A program made the position numbers and the translations under genes. Positions 7,279-10,979 of a stretch of DNA of 10,979 nt are shown piece after piece. The stretch lies in contig JBNPEG010000044.1 of the NCBI GenBank assembly GCA_051117555.1, positions 1 to 10,979 on the forward strand. The letters run 5' to 3'. The stretch comes from Elainellaceae cyanobacterium. GTDB lineage: Bacteria > Cyanobacteriota > Cyanobacteriia > CAZCXK01. The notes below the pieces were generated by a model, which worked only from the letters and a program-made list of their open reading frames with translations, made no database searches and had not been told where the DNA came from. The first letter of the stretch is position 1, and each line of letters starts with the position of its first letter.

Positions 7279-7967
7279 ATGAATTTAGTCGTAAAGCAGC
7301 ATTATTTACATTGGACATTTGGCACTTATCTTGAATACGGTCTTTCGGGGAGGTTAGACCAATTTGACTATCTTTTCAATGCCTCGTGGGAAACCTTTGG
7401 CTTTGCCTTCGATGGCGCAGGCAATCGCATTCCTTTTCTGGGAAGGGCACCAGAGAACGGTCGCACCTTTAATATTTTAGGCAAGCTAGGGGTAGACTTA
7501 GGCGAAGAGCAGCGCCTCCAGCTCAGCGTGAACCATCTTGACGACAGCAATGACCCTGAATTTATCAACGATCCGACCGTCGATGATGATCCCGATGCCG
7601 ATAAAGCCCGCGCTTTGAGGAGAGATATTGAGTTTATCGGTTTAGACGACGAAGAAATACGACGATTTACAAACGTTAGCCTGAACTATACTGCGCCGCA
7701 GAAGGTCGATTACAGGCGCTATTTGTAGGAGGCCGCGATCGCGGCTTTGAGGCAGGCGCTGATTTTGTGGGAATTGAGAGCTACTTTGTTTTGGATTATA
7801 TCAGCAGTATTCAGGCAGGAGCGGGTACTATCCAAATTGGGATTCAAAATCTATTAGATGAAGAATATTTTACCGTCAGTAATCAGCTGTTCGCTCCGCT
7901 TTCTCTGATGGACAAGGTCGCTGCACCGGGCAGAACGATCAGTATTGGCTATCAAGTTGACTTTTGA
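7279..7967 (+). pseudogene. TonB-dependent siderophore receptor (IutA-like), multiply deleted remnant
   Basis: Short N-terminus MNLVVKQHYLHW joined in frame to beta-barrel strands (FDGAGNRIP, NILGKLGVDLGEEQRLQLSVNH, NVSLNYT), then a frame change near 7693-7706 to the C-terminus RLQALFVGGRDR...IESYFVLDYISS...GIQNLLDEEYF...PGRTISIGYQVDF with terminal Phe. About 230 codons versus 700+ for an intact receptor; no plug domain. Confidence 0.85.
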
Positions 7968-7994
7968 TAAATAGGCGGAGCAAAGGAATAATGT

Positions 7995-8100
7995 ATGGTG
8001 ATGAAAGTAGAACTTAGGGCCAAGTTCTGGGTATTAGGAGCCTTGATGCTTTTCTTAGTTTTGGCTTGTTCTAGCCCCTCTCAAAAGCCATCAGAACCTG
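7995..8100 (+). pseudogene. 5' stub of an iron-siderophore ABC substrate-binding lipoprotein (FecB-like)
   Basis: Basic N-region, hydrophobic core and lipobox VLAC followed by an S/P-rich linker, directly downstream of the receptor; the rest of the 116-aa ORF is out-of-frame read-through. Identity inferred from gene order. Confidence 0.6.
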
Positions 8101-8130
8101 GAGCACGTCAGTTGGCAATTATCAAATCCC

Positions 8131-8544
8131 ATCGACTTTCCCTCCGCTCGCTACTACGGCTATCTGGATGCAGATTCTTTAACGTCAGTGCTGACCCACA
8201 GCGGCGATATTCAATGCCTGGATACCATTTATCGCGGCTGGGGGCTATTGCCCTGAGCCGCGCAGGTGCTCGAAAACCATTTGCTGCTTACCCACGGCTG
8301 GGACTGGTTCAATTACGCGATCGCTGCTCAAGTGCTAGAACATAATGAAGATGAAACCTTTAATCAGGTGGAACTGACCTGCCAGCCGCCAAGGGGTGAA
8401 CCGCAAACCTATCGAGCTGATATAGTGGCCGATGAGAGCCGTACGGTTCAACTCAAGGGCTCTTGCGCTAGCGAGAAGTTCACCAGCATTACCCCTTATT
8501 GTGTCAATAACTTGATAAGGCAAACTCCGACCGTTGCTGTCTGA
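8131..8544 (+). pseudogene. Sucrase/ferredoxin-like protein, 3' part with internal stop
   Basis: One frame reads IDFPSARYYGYLD...GDIQCLDTIYRGWGLLP*AAQVLE...GWDWFNY...LKGSC, matching the C-terminal part of cyanobacterial sucrase-ferredoxins found in siderophore clusters; TGA at 8254-8256; N-terminal domain absent. Confidence 0.78.
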
Positions 8545-8558
8545 ATCAGAACTTAGCG

Positions 8559-8586
8559 CAATTGAAAATTGCTATAAGTGAGAAAA
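8559..8586 (+). promoter_or_regulatory. Possible Fur-like site/promoter upstream of ferritin
   Basis: AT-rich CAATTGAAAATTGCTATAAGTGAGAAAA containing Fur half-site-like ATTGAAAAT and TGAGAA; weak symmetry. Confidence 0.3.
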
Positions 8587-8701
8587 GTGGGAAAATGACA
8601 GTATGCATGAATTCAGAGCAAAACTGTCTGACCCCGCAACCACTCCCCCTTCATCCAGCTTTCCACGTCCCTAGCCACCGTTTTGAAATAAGGAGGAAAC
8701 T

Positions 8702-9244
8702 ATGCTTTCCCAAGCAATGAGCGATTGCCTCAATAAGCAAATTAATCTTGAGATGTATTCCTCGCACTTGTACCTACAAATGAGTTCCTGGTGTGCTTAC
8801 CAGTCCTTGGATGGGTGCGAAGAGTTTTTGCGACTCCATGCTCAGGAGGAGGCTGGGCATATGAACCGACTGCTAACCTACATGCATGAGACGGGGGCGT
8901 TTGTCATCCTTGGCGGCATGGATGCACCGCCAACGCAGTTTGATTCGTTGCAGACCCTGTTCGAAAAAATCTATGAGCACGAACAGTTCATTACCCGCAA
9001 TATCAATGAGTTGGTGCACTTTGCCAATACTGAACCAGACTACTCCACCCTACAGTTTCTTCAGTGGTATGTTGCAGAGCAGCACCAGGAAGAATTTTTA
9101 TTCAAAGGCATTTTGGACAAAATCAAGCTGATTGGCACGGAAGGGCAAGGCTTGTTTTTGATCGATCAGGAGATTGGTCGGCTGGCAACGTCTCCTGCAA
9201 AAGAGGCGACGTCTATGACATCAGCAGCGACTCAGGCTAATTGA
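8702..9244 (+). CDS. ftnA: Non-heme ferritin
   Basis: LNKQINLEMYSSHLYLQM, HAQEEAGHM, YEHEQFIT, FLQWYVAEQHQEE ferroxidase-centre motifs; SD AGGAGG at 8691-8696. Confidence 0.95.
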   Translation: MLSQAMSDCLNKQINLEMYSSHLYLQMSSWCAYQSLDGCEEFLRLHAQEEAGHMNRLLTYMHETGAFVILGGMDAPPTQFDSLQTLFEKIYEHEQFITRNINELVHFANTEPDYSTLQFLQWYVAEQHQEEFLFKGILDKIKLIGTEGQGLFLIDQEIGRLATSPAKEATSMTSAATQAN

Positions 9245-9249
9245 GTGAG

Positions 9250-10419
9250 ATGAAGGCAACTCTCACTATTAAGGAGCTAACCCATGCAGTGGGAGGAGGC
9301 GTTACACCTCGGATGGTGCGGCATTATCATCAGCTAGGCTTGATGCCCCAACCCGTGCGATCGCCTGGAAACTATCGCCTCTATGGAGAAGCCGATGTGC
9401 AACGCCTCAAGCGGATTGTTGCGCTCAAGCAGCAAGGCTTTCAACTTCCCCATATTCAAAAACTGCTAGAGGCTGATGCAAACTACGCCGATCCAGAAAT
9501 CCTGCTATCTCAATTACAGCGGCAGTATCAGGCAGTCATTCAGCAAATTACTCAGCTACGACAGACTGCATCTGCACTAGAACAATTGCTAGGACGCGAC
9601 CAGTCGTGTCAAGCGATCCAAGCAGAGGTGCTAGCTCGCTTAAAACAGCTAGAGACTCAGACTCAATCTCACCTCGATCGCTTCGAGGAGCTGTGGAGTG
9701 AACGGGATGCAGAGATTCATACCCATCCCGAAACGTTTCAAGAGTCTCTGCAGCGGTTGTTGCCTGATCTCAAGCAGGAGGCATCTTCGCAGGGGGCGCG
9801 TTCCGAGATTGAGGTCGATTTGCTCCACCGATTGGTGTTGGCCTGCGGAGATGTCAGCTTAGTTTCGTTTGTGCGCCTAGATAAAGGGGCGATCGCGGCC
9901 AGCCGAGAGGCCTTAAAAGCAGGCTGTCAGGTAGTAGGGGATGTGCCAACGATAGCAGCAGCACTGGATCAGACCCGGTTAGCGCATCTAGACTGCGTTA
10001 CCACAACCTTGATCGATGATCTCCATATCACAAGTGCACCGGAAGCAGAACAAGCCTTCTGGCAACAACAGACCTGGAAGCAACGGTTAAACCACTGCTC
10101 AAACGGATGCATTTTGGTAATCGGCTATGCACCCTCCGCTTTGCTCGCAGTATGCGAGGCCATCCAGCAGCAAGCTATTCAGCCGGCGCTGGTGATTGGT
10201 ATGCCGATCGGTTTTAGTCATGCCCCAATCGCCAAACGACGGCTGATGCAGTCTGGGGTTCCGTACATCACCATTGAGGGGGCTGTCGGTGGTGGACTCC
10301 TGGCCGCAACTGCGCTCAACGCCTTAGCAGAGTCCTTGCTTGCAAAGCCTCACTGCCACTGCTATCGAACTTATCCTGACTCGAACTCTCCTTCCCTTCA
10401 CATAGGAAATCGATTTTAG
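9250..10419 (+). CDS. coaR: MerR-family cobalt-sensing regulator fused to a precorrin-8X methylmutase (CobH/CbiC)-like domain, CoaR/CorR type
   Basis: N-terminal MerR HTH (TIKEL...TPRMVRHYHQLGL...GNYRLY), CobH-like C-domain (VIGYAPSAL, PALVIGMPIGF, GGGLLAATALNAL) and terminal CHC motif as in Synechocystis CoaR. Start ATG 9250 (TTG 9241 alternative overlaps the ferritin stop). Confidence 0.88.
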   Translation: MKATLTIKELTHAVGGGVTPRMVRHYHQLGLMPQPVRSPGNYRLYGEADVQRLKRIVALKQQGFQLPHIQKLLEADANYADPEILLSQLQRQYQAVIQQITQLRQTASALEQLLGRDQSCQAIQAEVLARLKQLETQTQSHLDRFEELWSERDAEIHTHPETFQESLQRLLPDLKQEASSQGARSEIEVDLLHRLVLACGDVSLVSFVRLDKGAIAASREALKAGCQVVGDVPTIAAALDQTRLAHLDCVTTTLIDDLHITSAPEAEQAFWQQQTWKQRLNHCSNGCILVIGYAPSALLAVCEAIQQQAIQPALVIGMPIGFSHAPIAKRRLMQSGVPYITIEGAVGGGLLAATALNALAESLLAKPHCHCYRTYPDSNSPSLHIGNRF

Positions 10420-10472
10420 GAGATTTTAGGAGATAAGAGACCATCACTCACCCACAAACCTCTCCTGAACGT

Positions 10473-10979
10473 TTATTGCCGTAGCAGTCGCAGACCATTC
10501 AACGTCACAATCAGGGTTGAGCCTTCGTGACCTAAAACGCCTGCAGGCAGGGTCAGTTCGCCCAGGAAATTGGCTACCATCAGCAGAGCGATCGATATGA
10601 GGGCGATCGCAATGTTTTGTCGGATAATACGTTGGGAATTCTTGCCAATGCGAATCGCCTGCTCTAGCTTTTCAAGGCGATCGGCCATCAGCACGATATC
10701 GGCGGTTTCCAGAGCTACGTCGCTGCCCACACCTCCCATAGCGATACCTACCGAAGCCTGTGCTAGAGCGGGCGCATCGTTGATGCCATCCCCGACCATG
10801 GCGACGGTGCGATATCGCCGTTGAAGTTGTTGAATCACGTTCACTTTATCTCCCGGCAGCAGGTTGGAGTAGACGGTATCCACACCGACAGACTGGGCGA
10901 CGGTGTGGGCGGTAGCGTCATTGTCTCCAGTGAGCATCACCGTCACGGCAATGCCCAGTTGCTTCAAATTTTCGAGTAA
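10473..10979 (-). CDS. Heavy-metal P1B-4 ATPase (CoaT/CorT-like), 3' end only; runs off the window
   Basis: MLTGDN, MVGDGINDAPALA, SDVALETADIVLM and last-helix HEGST motif diagnostic of P1B-4; frame is open to the window edge. Confidence 0.9.
   Translation of the reverse strand, partial: LLENLKQLGIAVTVMLTGDNDATAHTVAQSVGVDTVYSNLLPGDKVNVIQQLQRRYRTVAMVGDGINDAPALAQASVGIAMGGVGSDVALETADIVLMADRLEKLEQAIRIGKNSQRIIRQNIAIALISIALLMVANFLGELTLPAGVLGHEGSTLIVTLNGLRLLRQ

Noticed and set aside
7732..7745. Extended HIP1 palindrome GCCGCGATCGCGGC as the deletion breakpoint
   Set aside because: It lies within the continuous C-terminal receptor frame (GRDRG), about 30 nt downstream of the apparent junction.
8254..8256. 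In-frame TGA as possible selenocysteine or readthrough codon
   Set aside because: Context LP*AAQ fits a TGG(Trp)-to-TGA mutation in a gene already missing its 5' part; no evident SECIS hairpin.
10412..10434. 10-bp tandem duplication GATTTTAGGA x2 across the coaR stop
   Set aside because: Only two copies; ordinary slippage with no coding consequence.
399..10824. Short alternative-frame and antisense ORFs in the track (e.g. 399-650, 6162-6446, 8886-9131, 10570-10824)
   Set aside because: They overlap well-supported genes and lack recognisable motifs; shadow ORFs.

Overview
Cyanobacterial DNA (about 18 HIP1 GCGATCGC octamers counted by eye) dominated by metal homeostasis. From left to right: an intact GH13 alpha-glucosidase; a 0.5-kb stack of nested palindromic repeats (GTAG-type REPs, MITE-like elements); a highly structured ~200-nt leader in front of a small conserved-looking cyanobacterial ORF that is frameshifted inside a perfect 26-bp HIP1-centred palindrome; another nested-hairpin element; an intact FecC/FecD/FecE-type iron-siderophore ABC operon (minus strand, Fur-like box); a Uma2/DUF820 nuclease; a collapsed pseudo-operon (TonB-dependent receptor, lipoprotein binding protein and sucrase/ferredoxin-like gene, all truncated or internally deleted); a ferritin tightly linked to a CoaR/CorR-type MerR-precorrin isomerase regulator; and the 3' end of a convergent P1B-4 ATPase. 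The least explained parts are the structured leader/small-ORF module (about 2350-2822) and the ferritin-CoaR-P1B-4 arrangement.
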